A program made the position numbers and the translations under genes. DNA of 64,000 nt from a bacterium (lineage in GTDB: Bacteria; Sysuimicrobiota; Sysuimicrobiia; Sysuimicrobiales; Humicultoraceae). The stretch is from contig JAVHLI010000001.1 of assembly GCA_031082185.1 (NCBI GenBank), positions 313,980-377,979 on the forward strand. Direction: 5' to 3'. Below, one piece after another: positions 52,099-62,296 of this stretch. Position 1 is the first letter of the stretch, and every line of letters starts with the position of its first letter. Below the pieces are notes generated by a model, which worked only from the letters and a program-made list of their open reading frames with translations, was not told the DNA's origin and made no database searches.

Positions 52099-52984
52099 TG
52101 CGTCCGAGCCCGTAGACGCGACGACGGCCGGTTCGCACCCGCCACGTAAGCTCTGGCGGATCGCCGCCCAGCGGCTACGCCGGAACCCGCCGGCCCTTAT
52201 CGCGGCGGGATTCCTGGTCCTGATTCACCTGGGTGCGGTCCTTGGCCCGTCGGTGTTGGGCCGCGACCCGTTTCTCACCGATCCGCTCTCCACGCTGCAC
52301 GCCATCAGCCTCCGGCACCCTCTGGGCACCGATGAGGTGGGCCGCGACGTGCTGGCCCGCCTGATGTTGGGCTCGCGCGTCTCGCTGACGGTCGGGTTCG
52401 TGGCGATGGCCATTTCGGTCTCGGTGGGCATCACGGTGGGAGCGCTGTCGGGCTACTTCGGACGGTGGCCGGACGTCGCGCTGATGCGGTTCACCGACGC
52501 GATGATGGCGCTGCCCACGTTCTTCGTGATCCTGGCCGCGCTGGCGGTCTTCGGCGGAGGGCCGGTGGCCGCCACGGTGGTCATCGGGTTGACCGCGTGG
52601 ATGCCGGTGGCGCGCATCGTGCGCAGCGAGTACCTTCGCTGGCGCGTCACGGAGTTCGTCGAGGCCGCGCGGGCCATCGGCGCGGGCGACGGTCGGATCA
52701 TGGTTCGGCACATCCTGCCACAGGTTACCCCCTCGATCATTGTGGCCGCCACGCTCAACGTCGCCTTTGCGATCCTGACCGAGTCGGCGATCTCGTACCT
52801 GGGGCTCGGAATCAGGCCGCCGCTGCCCTCTTGGGGGAACATGCTGCAGAACGCGCAGATCTACCTTTGGTCGGCGCCGAACCTGGCGATGTACCCCGGC
52901 ATGCTGATCCTGGCCACGGTGCTGGCTTACAACTTCCTGGGCGACGGCCTGCGCGACGCCCTTGATCCGAGGCTGAAGCTATGA
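52091..52984 (+). CDS. ABC transporter permease, DppC/OppC-like
   Basis: BPD_transp_1 fold; overlaps previous gene. Confidence 0.8.
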   Translation: MASASEPVDATTAGSHPPRKLWRIAAQRLRRNPPALIAAGFLVLIHLGAVLGPSVLGRDPFLTDPLSTLHAISLRHPLGTDEVGRDVLARLMLGSRVSLTVGFVAMAISVSVGITVGALSGYFGRWPDVALMRFTDAMMALPTFFVILAALAVFGGGPVAATVVIGLTAWMPVARIVRSEYLRWRVTEFVEAARAIGAGDGRIMVRHILPQVTPSIIVAATLNVAFAILTESAISYLGLGIRPPLPSWGNMLQNAQIYLWSAPNLAMYPGMLILATVLAYNFLGDGLRDALDPRLKL

Positions 52985-54132
52985 AGGGAACCCACGCCTC
53001 CCGCGCCTGGACCCTGGCCGCGGCGGGCGACATCATGCTGGAACACCTGCCCGCCGCGAACCCCCTCCACGACCTGCTCCGGCGCGCGGACTTTGCGTTC
53101 GCGAACGTGGAGGCGCCGCTCTCCGACCGCGGCCACCCTGCGGACAAGCTCATCGTGCTGCGGTCAGCGCCCTCTCTCGCGTCCGTCCTGCCGAATCTAG
53201 GGCTCTCCGTAGTGTCATTTGCCCACAACCACGCCCTCGACTTCGGGATCCCGGCCCTGGAGCAGACGCTCGAGGTGGTGCGGGCCGCGGGCGTCCGGGT
53301 CGTAGGCGCCGGGGCCACCCTGGACGAGGCGCTACGGCCGGCGTTCACGGAGTGTCCGTCCGTCGAGCCCTCTTCCATTCGGCGCGCACCCTCCGGGCAC
53401 CCGCCGGTGCGCGTCGCGTGGCTCGGGTTTGCCTCGACGCTGCCGACCGGATCCGCCGCTGCGCCCGGGCGGCCGGGCGTTGCGCCCCTGCGCGTGCGCG
53501 TGCGGATCGAGGCCGACGCTTCGGTCGCCGAGGAGCAGCCCGGTACCTCGCCGTACGTCTCCACGGAGGTAGTCGCGGAGGATCTCGACCGCGCCGCCGC
53601 GGCGGTGCGCGCGGCAACCCGAGAGTCGGACGCCGTAATCGTGAGCGTCCATTGGGGCGTGCCGCCTGGGTGGGCGGCGCCGTTCCAGGGCATCCTGGCG
53701 GACTACCAGCAGCCGGCGGCGCACGCGCTCATCGAGGCCGGAGCTGCCGCCATACTGGGTCACCACCCGCACTGCCTGCACGGCGTTGAGGTCTACCGCG
53801 GCAGGCCTATCCTCTACAGCATGGGGAACTTCTTGTTCCACGCCATGGGCGAGGGGAGGCGCTTCGAGCTGGGTAGGCCGGCGCCGCCCTACCGCATGGA
53901 GGCAGTCAGCACCCCCGAGCTGGCGGAGTCGGCGGTCTTCGTGCTTGAGTTCGACGGCGCAAGCTGCAGGCGTCTCGTGGTACACCCCACCGCCAGCGAC
54001 CCGGCAGGCGAGCAGTGCGCGGCGGCCCCGGAGCAGGTCTTTCGGATACTGGCGCGGATGCGGGCGATGAGCGCTGCGCTCGGGACGGAACTGAGGACGG
54101 CCGGAGAGACAGGGTATATCGATCTCACTTGA
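52981..54132 (+). CDS. CapA/PGA_cap-family metallophosphatase-like protein
   Basis: GDIML, FANVE, NHALDFG, HWG, GHHPHCLHGVEVYRGRPILYSMGNF motifs. Confidence 0.7.
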   Translation: MKGTHASRAWTLAAAGDIMLEHLPAANPLHDLLRRADFAFANVEAPLSDRGHPADKLIVLRSAPSLASVLPNLGLSVVSFAHNHALDFGIPALEQTLEVVRAAGVRVVGAGATLDEALRPAFTECPSVEPSSIRRAPSGHPPVRVAWLGFASTLPTGSAAAPGRPGVAPLRVRVRIEADASVAEEQPGTSPYVSTEVVAEDLDRAAAAVRAATRESDAVIVSVHWGVPPGWAAPFQGILADYQQPAAHALIEAGAAAILGHHPHCLHGVEVYRGRPILYSMGNFLFHAMGEGRRFELGRPAPPYRMEAVSTPELAESAVFVLEFDGASCRRLVVHPTASDPAGEQCAAAPEQVFRILARMRAMSAALGTELRTAGETGYIDLT

Positions 54133-54175
54133 GAGTTCATCCGACGAGAACCCACCCTAAGGAGGCGTACGACAT

Positions 54176-55951
54176 ATGAGCACGGTCAGCGACTGGCGCA
54201 ACCAGGCCGACGAGCAGGCGCTCGTCGAAGACGTATCGCTGGACGAGCCCTGGCCGCTCGTCGAGAAGTTCAACGGGCTGGTCCGCGAGTCCGGCACCAA
54301 GCAGGAGAAGCGGGCCTTCGATTACATCAGCAAGCGTCTGAAGAAGCACTGCGTTCCCCACACCATCCACACGCCTACGCTGCTGATCAGCGTGCCCCGG
54401 CGCGCGCGGTTGGAGATCCTGGCGCCCGAGCGCCGCGCGGTGGCCGCGAAGACGCCTTCGATGTCGCACTCCACCGGCGGTCGGTGGAAGCGCGGCCAGG
54501 TTGTGTACGTTCCCACGCACCACATGGGCCACATCCGAGGGCTATTCGAGGGCGTGGGGAGGGATATGCCCGAGGTCGCGGGCAAGATCGTCCTGACCGA
54601 GGGCTACGCCTCGCCTGGCAAGGTGGCCGACTTCACCAAGGCAGGCGCGATCGGCGTCATCTTCATCAGTCCTGGCGAGCGGATCCACGAGGGCATCTGT
54701 ACGACCATCTGGGGCTCGCCCGACCTGGACTCGTGGGAGCGCAAGCCGACGATTCCTGTAGTCTCCGTGAACAAGACCGACGGCGCCTGGCTGCGCGACC
54801 TGGCTCAGGGCGGCGAGGTCAAGGCCCGCCTTTCCACGAAGCTGGACGAAGGCTGGGTCGAGTGCCCGGTGTGTGTGGCCGAAATCCCCGGCCGCGAGGC
54901 GCCCGAGGAGTTTGTCCTGGTCCACGGCCACCTGGACGGCTGGCACCAGGGCATCGGCGACAACGCCACGGGCAACGCCACCCTTCTGGAACTCGCGCGC
55001 GTCCTCTGGAAGCACCGGGACCGGCTGGCGCGCACGGTGCGGATCGCCTGGTGGTCAGGTCACTCCCAGGGCCGGTACGCCGGTTCGGTATGGTACGCTG
55101 ACGAGTTCGGGCTCGACATCGACGCCAACTGCGTCGCGCACATCAACTGCGACTCCACGGGCTGCCGGTGGGCCACCGTGTACGAGGACGTCTTCTGGAT
55201 GAGCGAGGCCGAGGGCATCGGGAAGGCGGTCATCAAGGACGTGACCGGCCTCGATGCCGCCGGCGGGCGGCCGCTGCGCGCGGGTGACTGCTCGTTCTCG
55301 AACGTCGGCGTCTCGACCTTCTACATGCTGTCATCCACGATGCCCAAGCCGCTCTTGGAGGAGAAAGGCTACTACCCCGTGGGCGGTTGTGGCGCCAACA
55401 TCGCCTGGCACACCGAGGACGATACACTCGAGATTGCCGACCGCGACAACCTGCTGCGCGACACGAAGGTCTACACCGTCGCGGCCTACCGGGCGGCCAA
55501 CGCCCCGCTGCACCCGCTCGATTTCCGCGCGCTGGCCGAGGAGATGGCCGGCACGCTGAAGGCATACGGCGATGCGGCAGGGGGCGCGTTCGATCTCAGC
55601 CAGCCGCTCGCAGAGGCGAAGGCGCTGCGAGCCGACCTCGACCGCTGGTACCTCGACCGCGCTGGCCTGGGCGGCCGACCGGCATCCGACCCCGCGGTGC
55701 GGGCGGCCAATACCACGCTGCGGAAACTCGCGCGCGTCCTTGTGCGGATCAACTACACCCGCGCCGGCCGGTTCCGCCACGACCCGGCGGTGGACGTGCC
55801 TCCGCTGCCCGATCTGGCTCCGGCCAAGACCCTGGCGGGAATCGAGCCGGGGGGGCACCGATACCGCGTGACGCTGACGCACCTGGTGCGCGGCCGTAAC
55901 CGCGTGACCGCGGCGCTGCGTGAGGCACGGGGGCTGGTGGCGGCACCATGA
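54176..55951 (+). CDS. M28-family peptidase with PA domain (glutamate-carboxypeptidase-II/transferrin-receptor-like)
   Basis: HGHLDGW...GDNATGNA zinc-ligand region and PA insert; GGAGG upstream. Confidence 0.7.
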   Translation: MSTVSDWRNQADEQALVEDVSLDEPWPLVEKFNGLVRESGTKQEKRAFDYISKRLKKHCVPHTIHTPTLLISVPRRARLEILAPERRAVAAKTPSMSHSTGGRWKRGQVVYVPTHHMGHIRGLFEGVGRDMPEVAGKIVLTEGYASPGKVADFTKAGAIGVIFISPGERIHEGICTTIWGSPDLDSWERKPTIPVVSVNKTDGAWLRDLAQGGEVKARLSTKLDEGWVECPVCVAEIPGREAPEEFVLVHGHLDGWHQGIGDNATGNATLLELARVLWKHRDRLARTVRIAWWSGHSQGRYAGSVWYADEFGLDIDANCVAHINCDSTGCRWATVYEDVFWMSEAEGIGKAVIKDVTGLDAAGGRPLRAGDCSFSNVGVSTFYMLSSTMPKPLLEEKGYYPVGGCGANIAWHTEDDTLEIADRDNLLRDTKVYTVAAYRAANAPLHPLDFRALAEEMAGTLKAYGDAAGGAFDLSQPLAEAKALRADLDRWYLDRAGLGGRPASDPAVRAANTTLRKLARVLVRINYTRAGRFRHDPAVDVPPLPDLAPAKTLAGIEPGGHRYRVTLTHLVRGRNRVTAALREARGLVAAP

Positions 55952-57042
55952 GAGCCGCCGTCATCCACCGTCACGGCGGTCCCGAGGTCCTGAACATCGA
56001 GGAGGTTCCGATTCCCACGGCCGGCCCAGGCGAGGCCCTGATCCGGGTCGGCGCCTGCGCGCTGAACAACATGGACATCTGGGCGCGCTCGGGCCCGCCC
56101 GGGGGCCGGGTCGTCTTCCCCTGGCGTGAGCGGAAGTTCCCACTCACGACGGGCGGGGACGTGGCAGGGACGGTGGTGGCTGTAGGGTCCGAGACGGGAG
56201 TGCCCGCGGGGCCCGGTGTCCTGCCCGCCGCCTCCGGCGCCCAAGAGTGGCAGCCCGGCGACCGCGTCGTGATCAACCCGATCCTGGCGTGCGGACGGTG
56301 CGGGTTCTGCCTCGCTGGCGAGCAGACGATGTGCCTCTCGTACAAGATCTTCGGCGAGCACACGCCCGGCGGGCTGGCCGAGTATGTGGTCGCGCCCTTC
56401 GCGAACCTGATCCGTGTCCCAGACCACGTGTCCTTCGAGAAGGCGGCCGTGCCCGCGGCCTACTGCACCGCCTGGCGGATGATGATCACCGCCGGGGGCC
56501 TCCGCGCGGGTGAGGACGTGCTGGCCGTCGGCGCCTCAGGCGGCGTGGGAACCGCGGTGCTTCTGATCGCGCGGATGGCCGGCGCGCGCCGGATCTTCGC
56601 CGTATTGGGCGGGCCCGAGAAGGCGGCCAAGGCCGCGGCCGCCGGCGCAATCCCCATAGACCACAGGGAGCACCCGAACTTCAGCGAGCAGATACTGGCC
56701 GCCACCGACGGCGCCGGAGTGCACCTCGCGGCCGACCCCGTCGGCGCGCCGTCTTGGCAGCAGACAATTCGCAGCCTCCGCCGCGGCGGCCGCATGACGA
56801 TCTGCGGCGCCTCCGGCGGCGAGCGGCCCGACTTCGACATCCGCGAGGTCTACCAGTGCCACCGCCGGATCATAGGCGCGCCGATGGGCAACGCGAGTGA
56901 CTTGCGCGCGGTTATGTCCGCGATCTTCACTGGCGCGATAGATCCCATCCTGCACGCTGTGCTGCCCCTTTCCGAGATCCGGGAAGCCCACCGGATCATG
57001 GGCGCGCGGGAGCACTTCGGCAAGGTGGTGATGGTGCCGTAG
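55948..57042 (+). CDS. Zinc-binding medium-chain dehydrogenase/reductase (alcohol dehydrogenase/quinone oxidoreductase family)
   Basis: GroES-like N-domain with CGRCGFC structural-zinc motif, Rossmann motif GASGGVG. Confidence 0.75.
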   Translation: MRAAVIHRHGGPEVLNIEEVPIPTAGPGEALIRVGACALNNMDIWARSGPPGGRVVFPWRERKFPLTTGGDVAGTVVAVGSETGVPAGPGVLPAASGAQEWQPGDRVVINPILACGRCGFCLAGEQTMCLSYKIFGEHTPGGLAEYVVAPFANLIRVPDHVSFEKAAVPAAYCTAWRMMITAGGLRAGEDVLAVGASGGVGTAVLLIARMAGARRIFAVLGGPEKAAKAAAAGAIPIDHREHPNFSEQILAATDGAGVHLAADPVGAPSWQQTIRSLRRGGRMTICGASGGERPDFDIREVYQCHRRIIGAPMGNASDLRAVMSAIFTGAIDPILHAVLPLSEIREAHRIMGAREHFGKVVMVP

Positions 57043-57113
57043 GGTGTTGCGTTAGGAGCAACCGACGCACCCTATTGACAGGGGTGCACCGTACGGGTCA
57101 TGCTTAAGAGGCG

Positions 57114-57833
57114 ATGTCATCTAGACGTCTAGTGCGGTCCACGATTAACCCCCACTCCCGCGTTCCCAAGTATCTTCAGCTCAAAGCAAAGTTCATGCGC
57201 GAGATCCAGGAGGGACGGTGGACTGAGGGTGCACGATTCGCGTCTGATCAGGAGCTGACCTCGCAGCTCGGGGTTAGCAGGATGACGGTGCGACAGGCCG
57301 TCTCCGAACTGGTCAACGATGGCTTCCTCCGCCGCGATCATGGGAAGGGTACCTTCGTCACGCGGCCCCGCGCCCTGCGTCGGTTCTGGACGGTGATTTC
57401 ATTCACTGAGGAAATGAGGTCCCGGGGGCTGGAGGTTCAGAACAAGCTGCTCGGCGTCCGGCGGGTGATCCCGTCCGGCCCGATCCAGAAGGCGCTGCGC
57501 CTGGGGCCAGGGGAGCGCGTGCTGCAGATCCGGCGCATCCGCGCGGTACACGGCCAGCCCATTGCCTACAACGTTTCCAACATCCCACTGTCCCGCTGTC
57601 CCGACCTGGACCGCTGCAACCTCGAGGAGGACTCGCTCTACCTCATCATCCAGAACCGGTACGGCTATCGGATCACGCGGGGCGACCGGGCCTACCGCGC
57701 GGCCAAACCCAGCCGAGCAGAGGCGGCGCTGCTGGGGGTCGCGCCGGGCGACCCGGTGTTGGTCGTGGAGGGCACGACGTTCGTGGACCGGGAGATCCCC
57801 ATTGACTACTGCTACGAGGTCTACCGTGAATAG
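57114..57833 (+). CDS. GntR-family transcriptional regulator, HutC/UTRA subfamily
   Basis: N-terminal wHTH (ASDQELTSQLGVSRMTVRQAVSELV) + UTRA effector domain. Confidence 0.8.
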   Translation: MSSRRLVRSTINPHSRVPKYLQLKAKFMREIQEGRWTEGARFASDQELTSQLGVSRMTVRQAVSELVNDGFLRRDHGKGTFVTRPRALRRFWTVISFTEEMRSRGLEVQNKLLGVRRVIPSGPIQKALRLGPGERVLQIRRIRAVHGQPIAYNVSNIPLSRCPDLDRCNLEEDSLYLIIQNRYGYRITRGDRAYRAAKPSRAEAALLGVAPGDPVLVVEGTTFVDREIPIDYCYEVYRE

Positions 57834-58374
57834 GCCGGTGCGGATCGGCGTGATAGGTGAGCAGGACGCCTCTCCGGCGCTTGTTGCTGTGGCCGAGGAA
57901 GTCGGCCGGGAGGTCGCCCGCAGGGGCGGCGTGGTTGTCTGCGGCGGGATGGGAGGGGTGATGGCCGGCGCGGCGCGGGGTGCGGCCCGCGAGGGGGGCG
58001 TCGTCGTTGGCATCCTCCCAGGGTCCACCGCCGATGGAGGCAGCCCTCACGTGACCATACCCATCGTTACGGGCATGGGAGAGGGGCGCAATGTCCTGAT
58101 CGCGCGCACGGCGGAGGCGGTGATTGCGATAGGAGGCGCCTACGGAACGCTTTCGGAGATCGCCTACGCGCTCAAGATGGGCGTCACGGTGGTGGGTTAC
58201 GGGACCTGGGTGATGCAACGGGCCGGGATTGAGGCCGATCCCATCCGGCGCGTGGACAAACCCATTGAGGCAGTGGCACTTGCCTGGGAGGCGGCCGTCG
58301 AGCGCCGGCGCTCTGCGGAGGGTAACGTGCCTCACGAAGAACGTTCCCCAAAGGGGAGGAGGGAAGAACCATGA
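57826..58374 (+). CDS. TIGR00725/SLOG-family protein (LOG-like Rossmann nucleotide-binding)
   Basis: VRIGVIGEQD...VVVCGGMGGVMAGAARGA...IAIGGAYGTLSEI; GTG start overlapping GntR stop, GAGGT upstream. Confidence 0.6.
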   Translation: MNRPVRIGVIGEQDASPALVAVAEEVGREVARRGGVVVCGGMGGVMAGAARGAAREGGVVVGILPGSTADGGSPHVTIPIVTGMGEGRNVLIARTAEAVIAIGGAYGTLSEIAYALKMGVTVVGYGTWVMQRAGIEADPIRRVDKPIEAVALAWEAAVERRRSAEGNVPHEERSPKGRREEP

Positions 58375-59519
58375 GAAGGCTGATTGCAGTCCTTGTGGTG
58401 CTGGTGGTCGTCGCGGCCGCTGGCCCCGCAGGGTACGGACAGTCTCGCGTGACGCTGCAGGTGGCCATTGCAGCGGACGTCAACGTCGTAGAGGTTCATC
58501 GGAACTTCCTGGGCGTGGCGTTCAGCAAGAACCACCCGACGGTAGGTTTCAACGTTGTGGGCACCGGCACCGGCGAGGCAGCCAGCCGGGCGATCTATAC
58601 CAAGCTCAAGGCGCAGGCCGACGCCGGGCGCCGCAACTGGGACATTGACGTGGCGGTGGTCTCGATGCGATACGCTGCGCAGATGGTGAGGGAGAACCTG
58701 CTGCACAGGTTCACCTCCGACCTCCAGTTCGCACCCTACGTGGTGGGTCCCGACACGGTACGGGCGTTCGGGGTGGACATCAAGGGCTACGTGGTCCCCA
58801 TGTTTCGCAATCAGATAGCCATAGCCTACAACCCGCAGTTCGTGAGCAAGCCACCCCGGACATTCGCCGAGCTAGAGGCCTGGGTGCGGGCCAACCCCCG
58901 GCGGTTCGGCTACAACGGAATACGGGGCGGTGTCTCTGGTATCGGTTTCACCATGGGGTGGGTGTTCTACAAGACCGGGCAGTACGATCTTCTCCTCCAG
59001 GGACCCTACGACAAAGCCCATGAGGGGATGATCCGCTCGTCCATCGAGCAGCTTCGGGAGTTCAACCGGAATGTCACGGTCACCTCGGGCAATGCCGGCA
59101 CCTTGGACGCCTTGAACCGCGGCGAGATATGGATGGGCGCGGTGTGGGTGGACCAGCTCGTGGCCTGGAAGAACGAGGGGCGCATGAACCCGGATATCAC
59201 CCCGGTGCTGATCGCGCCCGGGCTGCCCATCTACCCGCTCTACCTGACGGTGCCGCGCGAGGCGGCCAACCGCGACTGGGCCGCGAAGTACATAGACCTG
59301 GTGGCCAACCCACACATCCAGGCCAAGGTCATCGTGGAGCAGTTCGGTTGGTACCCGGGGATTGACCCCAACCGGGTGATGCCGCTGGTGTCGGACAAGG
59401 CCAAGGCGCTGCTGTTCCGAGGCGTGACCGCCGAGGACCTAGCCCGCTACTCGCGGCAGATGCCGCTGGCCGAGTACTATGACTTCATCCTGCTGGCCTA
59501 CGAGGAGATCGTGCGTTAG
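58371..59519 (+). CDS. ABC transporter substrate-binding protein, family 1 (PotD/AfuA-like polyamine/iron type)
   Basis: Signal peptide, SBP_bac_1-like; GAGGAGG upstream. Confidence 0.7.
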   Translation: MRRLIAVLVVLVVVAAAGPAGYGQSRVTLQVAIAADVNVVEVHRNFLGVAFSKNHPTVGFNVVGTGTGEAASRAIYTKLKAQADAGRRNWDIDVAVVSMRYAAQMVRENLLHRFTSDLQFAPYVVGPDTVRAFGVDIKGYVVPMFRNQIAIAYNPQFVSKPPRTFAELEAWVRANPRRFGYNGIRGGVSGIGFTMGWVFYKTGQYDLLLQGPYDKAHEGMIRSSIEQLREFNRNVTVTSGNAGTLDALNRGEIWMGAVWVDQLVAWKNEGRMNPDITPVLIAPGLPIYPLYLTVPREAANRDWAAKYIDLVANPHIQAKVIVEQFGWYPGIDPNRVMPLVSDKAKALLFRGVTAEDLARYSRQMPLAEYYDFILLAYEEIVR

Positions 59520-60344
59520 GTGAACGCGGCACGGCCGGCGGAGCAGGTCCTGTGGTGGCTGGCGGCAATACCGGCCACCATGGTGATCATCGTCGGCTTT
59601 GGGTTTCCGCTGGTGCAGTCGCTTGTCGCGTCGTTCACGCGCGACGGCGTTCTGACGCTGGCGAACTACGAGCTGGTCTACAGGTTATACAGGCAAGACG
59701 TCGTCTACACGGTCTTGGTGGCCGCTGCGGGGTTGGTGCTGACCTTCGGGATCGGCATCCCCCTCAGCGGCTACCTGCGGCTGCACCACTCGCAGACCGC
59801 CGAATTTCTATTGAAGGTCCCGCTCTTCGTTCCGTTCGTGGTCGTCGGGCATGCGATGCGCATCTTCCTGGCCCCGCGTGGCACGCTGCTGATCTTCCTG
59901 CACGCGCTGGGGCTGGTATCCCAGGACACAACCCTGGCGATCAGCGAGGGATGGCTGGGGCTTTCAATAGCGCTGGCGTGGAAGCACCTGGCCCTGGTGG
60001 TCCTGCTGCTGATGGGCGCGTTCCGGGGGGTGGGCGAGGAGTACCTGGAGGCCGCGCGGGGCTTCGGCGCCGGGACGCTTCGGCAGATCTGGGCGGTTAT
60101 GGTGCCCATGGCGGCACCGTCAATCGGGCTGGCAGTGGTGCTATCGCTTACGTCGATGCTGGCCTCGTTCTCTATCCCCCTTATGATGACGAAGGGGTCC
60201 GGGCCTCAGATGTTGATGATTGACCTCTACCACCGTTACGGGCTGCACGGCGACTTCGGCACGGCCAGCGCGATCGGCGTAGTGTCCTACCTCCTGGCCG
60301 CGGGAGCCGCCTACTACTACCTGAAGGGCGTCGTGCGGCAGTGA
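59520..60344 (+). CDS. ABC transporter permease (PotB-like)
   Basis: 6 TM with EAA loop. Confidence 0.75.
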   Translation: MNAARPAEQVLWWLAAIPATMVIIVGFGFPLVQSLVASFTRDGVLTLANYELVYRLYRQDVVYTVLVAAAGLVLTFGIGIPLSGYLRLHHSQTAEFLLKVPLFVPFVVVGHAMRIFLAPRGTLLIFLHALGLVSQDTTLAISEGWLGLSIALAWKHLALVVLLLMGAFRGVGEEYLEAARGFGAGTLRQIWAVMVPMAAPSIGLAVVLSLTSMLASFSIPLMMTKGSGPQMLMIDLYHRYGLHGDFGTASAIGVVSYLLAAGAAYYYLKGVVRQ

Positions 60345-61186
60345 ACGCGACCGTGCCGCCTGCGGCCCACCAGCGAGACCGGCCCAGGGGACTGCTGGCG
60401 CTGGTTCTGCGGGCGGCGCTTGTGGCCGTGCTCCTGGCAGCCGTCGTCGGGCCGCTGGCAGGGCTGGTGCTGTGGTCGGTCGCCGAGCGCTGGCACTGGC
60501 CGGCGCTGCTGCCCCAGCAGGTAGGGCTGAAGTACTGGGCCCGCATTACCCAAGGAGATCTGCTGGCCGCCCTTACCCGCGGCGTGGCTATCGCATCGGT
60601 GACCACCGTGGTGGCTTTGGTGGCCGCAATCCCGGTCTCCTACGGGGCCGCCAGGGCGCGCCTGCCGCTGGGTCCGGTGTTGCTCATGCTGTTCCTTCTG
60701 CCACAGGCCTTTCCGCAGTTGCCGGTCTTCGCCAGCGCCGCGGTGTTGTTCTACCGCTGGAACCTGGCGGGCACGTATGCAGGCGTCGTTCTGATCCACC
60801 TGGTGGGCGGGCTGGTCTACGCCGTCTGGACAATGACCGCCGTCTTCCGCGCGATCGGGGAGGACATTGAAGAGGCGGCAATAAACCTCGGCGCCTCGGT
60901 GACGCGGACGTTCTTCCGGATCTCGCTGCCGCTGGCGCTGCCGGGGGTGGTGGCCAGCTCGATCCTGGTCTTCATATACTCACTGGATGAGTTCACCGGT
61001 ACCCTGCTGGTGGGCGCACCGTACGTTACGACGCTGCCCGTTTACATGTACACGGCGAGCCTGGGATATGAACTCCAGATTGCTTCGGTTACCGCGCTTG
61101 TCCTGATGGTACCTGGGGTGCTCCTCCTGGTGCTCATGGAGCGCTTCCTGCGGGCCGAGTACCTGGCGTTCTTCGGGCGTCTGTGA
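60341..61186 (+). CDS. ABC transporter permease (PotC-like)
   Basis: 6 TM with EAA loop; GTGA coupling. Confidence 0.75.
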   Translation: MNATVPPAAHQRDRPRGLLALVLRAALVAVLLAAVVGPLAGLVLWSVAERWHWPALLPQQVGLKYWARITQGDLLAALTRGVAIASVTTVVALVAAIPVSYGAARARLPLGPVLLMLFLLPQAFPQLPVFASAAVLFYRWNLAGTYAGVVLIHLVGGLVYAVWTMTAVFRAIGEDIEEAAINLGASVTRTFFRISLPLALPGVVASSILVFIYSLDEFTGTLLVGAPYVTTLPVYMYTASLGYELQIASVTALVLMVPGVLLLVLMERFLRAEYLAFFGRL

Positions 61187-61212
61187 GCACGTTCGGAGGG
61201 TGACTTAGAAAG

Positions 61213-62223
61213 ATGGATGTTCGCGTCGAAGACCTAACCAAGCGGTACGGACAGGTTACCGCGCTGGATGGCGTGAGCCAGGCTTTCCCATCGGGCGCTC
61301 TGACCGCGGTGGTCGGCCCCTCGGGGTGCGGCAAGACCACGCTTCTGCGCTGCCTGGCCGGATTCGTGGCTCCGGACCGCGGCCGGATCCGGATGGGTGA
61401 TCGGGACGTCACGTACACGCAGCCTCAATCGCGCGACGCGGCCATGGTCTTTCAGAGCTACGCACTCTGGCCACACATGACGGTCTTTGAGAACCTGGCC
61501 TTCGCCCTGCGATTGCGCAAGGTCTCCCGCCGCGACGTCGAGCAGAGAGTGCGCGAGGCGCTGGATCTTGTGGAGCTCGATCGCGTCCCCGGGATAGAGG
61601 GGCGAAAGCCCCGCCAGCTTTCAGGCGGGCAGCAGCAGCGCGTGGCGCTGGCCCGGGCCATCGCCGTCCGTCCTCAGGTGTTGCTGCTGGACGAGCCGCT
61701 CAGCAACCTGGACGCGAAGATCCGCCACCGCGTGCGCGTCGAGATTCGGGCGCTGCAGCGCCGCACCGGCATCACCGCAATCTACGTCACCCACGACCAA
61801 GAAGAGGCGATGAGCATCGCGGATATGGTCGTGGTCATGGAGGGTGGGCGCGTCGCTCAGGCCGGTCGTCCCGAAGAGGTCTATGCGCACCCCAAGAGCC
61901 CGTTCGTGGCGGAATTTCTGGGCTCCACGAACGTGCTTGCGGCGGTGATGGATCCTGACGGCCGGATCCTGCCCTCCGCGGCCGGCTCTCTCATCTTCCG
62001 CGCGGAGGACATTCAACTGGCGTCGCCGCAGGAACCAGCGCCTGCCGGTTCGGCCTGGGTGGACGGTGAGGTCGTGGATGTGCTCTTCCTCGGGGCGGGC
62101 TACCGCGCTTACATAAGGGTGGGTGAAGAGGTAGTGATGGCCGACCACCGCACCCCGATGCCACGCGGAGCCGTGCGCGCGGTGATTCCTCTCGATAAGG
62201 TCTTCGCGTTCGGTCGGAACTGA
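61213..62223 (+). CDS. ABC transporter ATP-binding protein (PotA/FbpC-like with C-terminal TOBE domain)
   Basis: [35 protein letters not shown]-loop. Confidence 0.85.
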   Translation: MDVRVEDLTKRYGQVTALDGVSQAFPSGALTAVVGPSGCGKTTLLRCLAGFVAPDRGRIRMGDRDVTYTQPQSRDAAMVFQSYALWPHMTVFENLAFALRLRKVSRRDVEQRVREALDLVELDRVPGIEGRKPRQLSGGQQQRVALARAIAVRPQVLLLDEPLSNLDAKIRHRVRVEIRALQRRTGITAIYVTHDQEEAMSIADMVVVMEGGRVAQAGRPEEVYAHPKSPFVAEFLGSTNVLAAVMDPDGRILPSAAGSLIFRAEDIQLASPQEPAPAGSAWVDGEVVDVLFLGAGYRAYIRVGEEVVMADHRTPMPRGAVRAVIPLDKVFAFGRN

Positions 62224-62296
62224 GTGGGCGGGACTCCACCAGTTGTGATACCATGTGGATAGTGCTCCAGAGTCAGAGGGTTTGAGAAGTGGTTTC

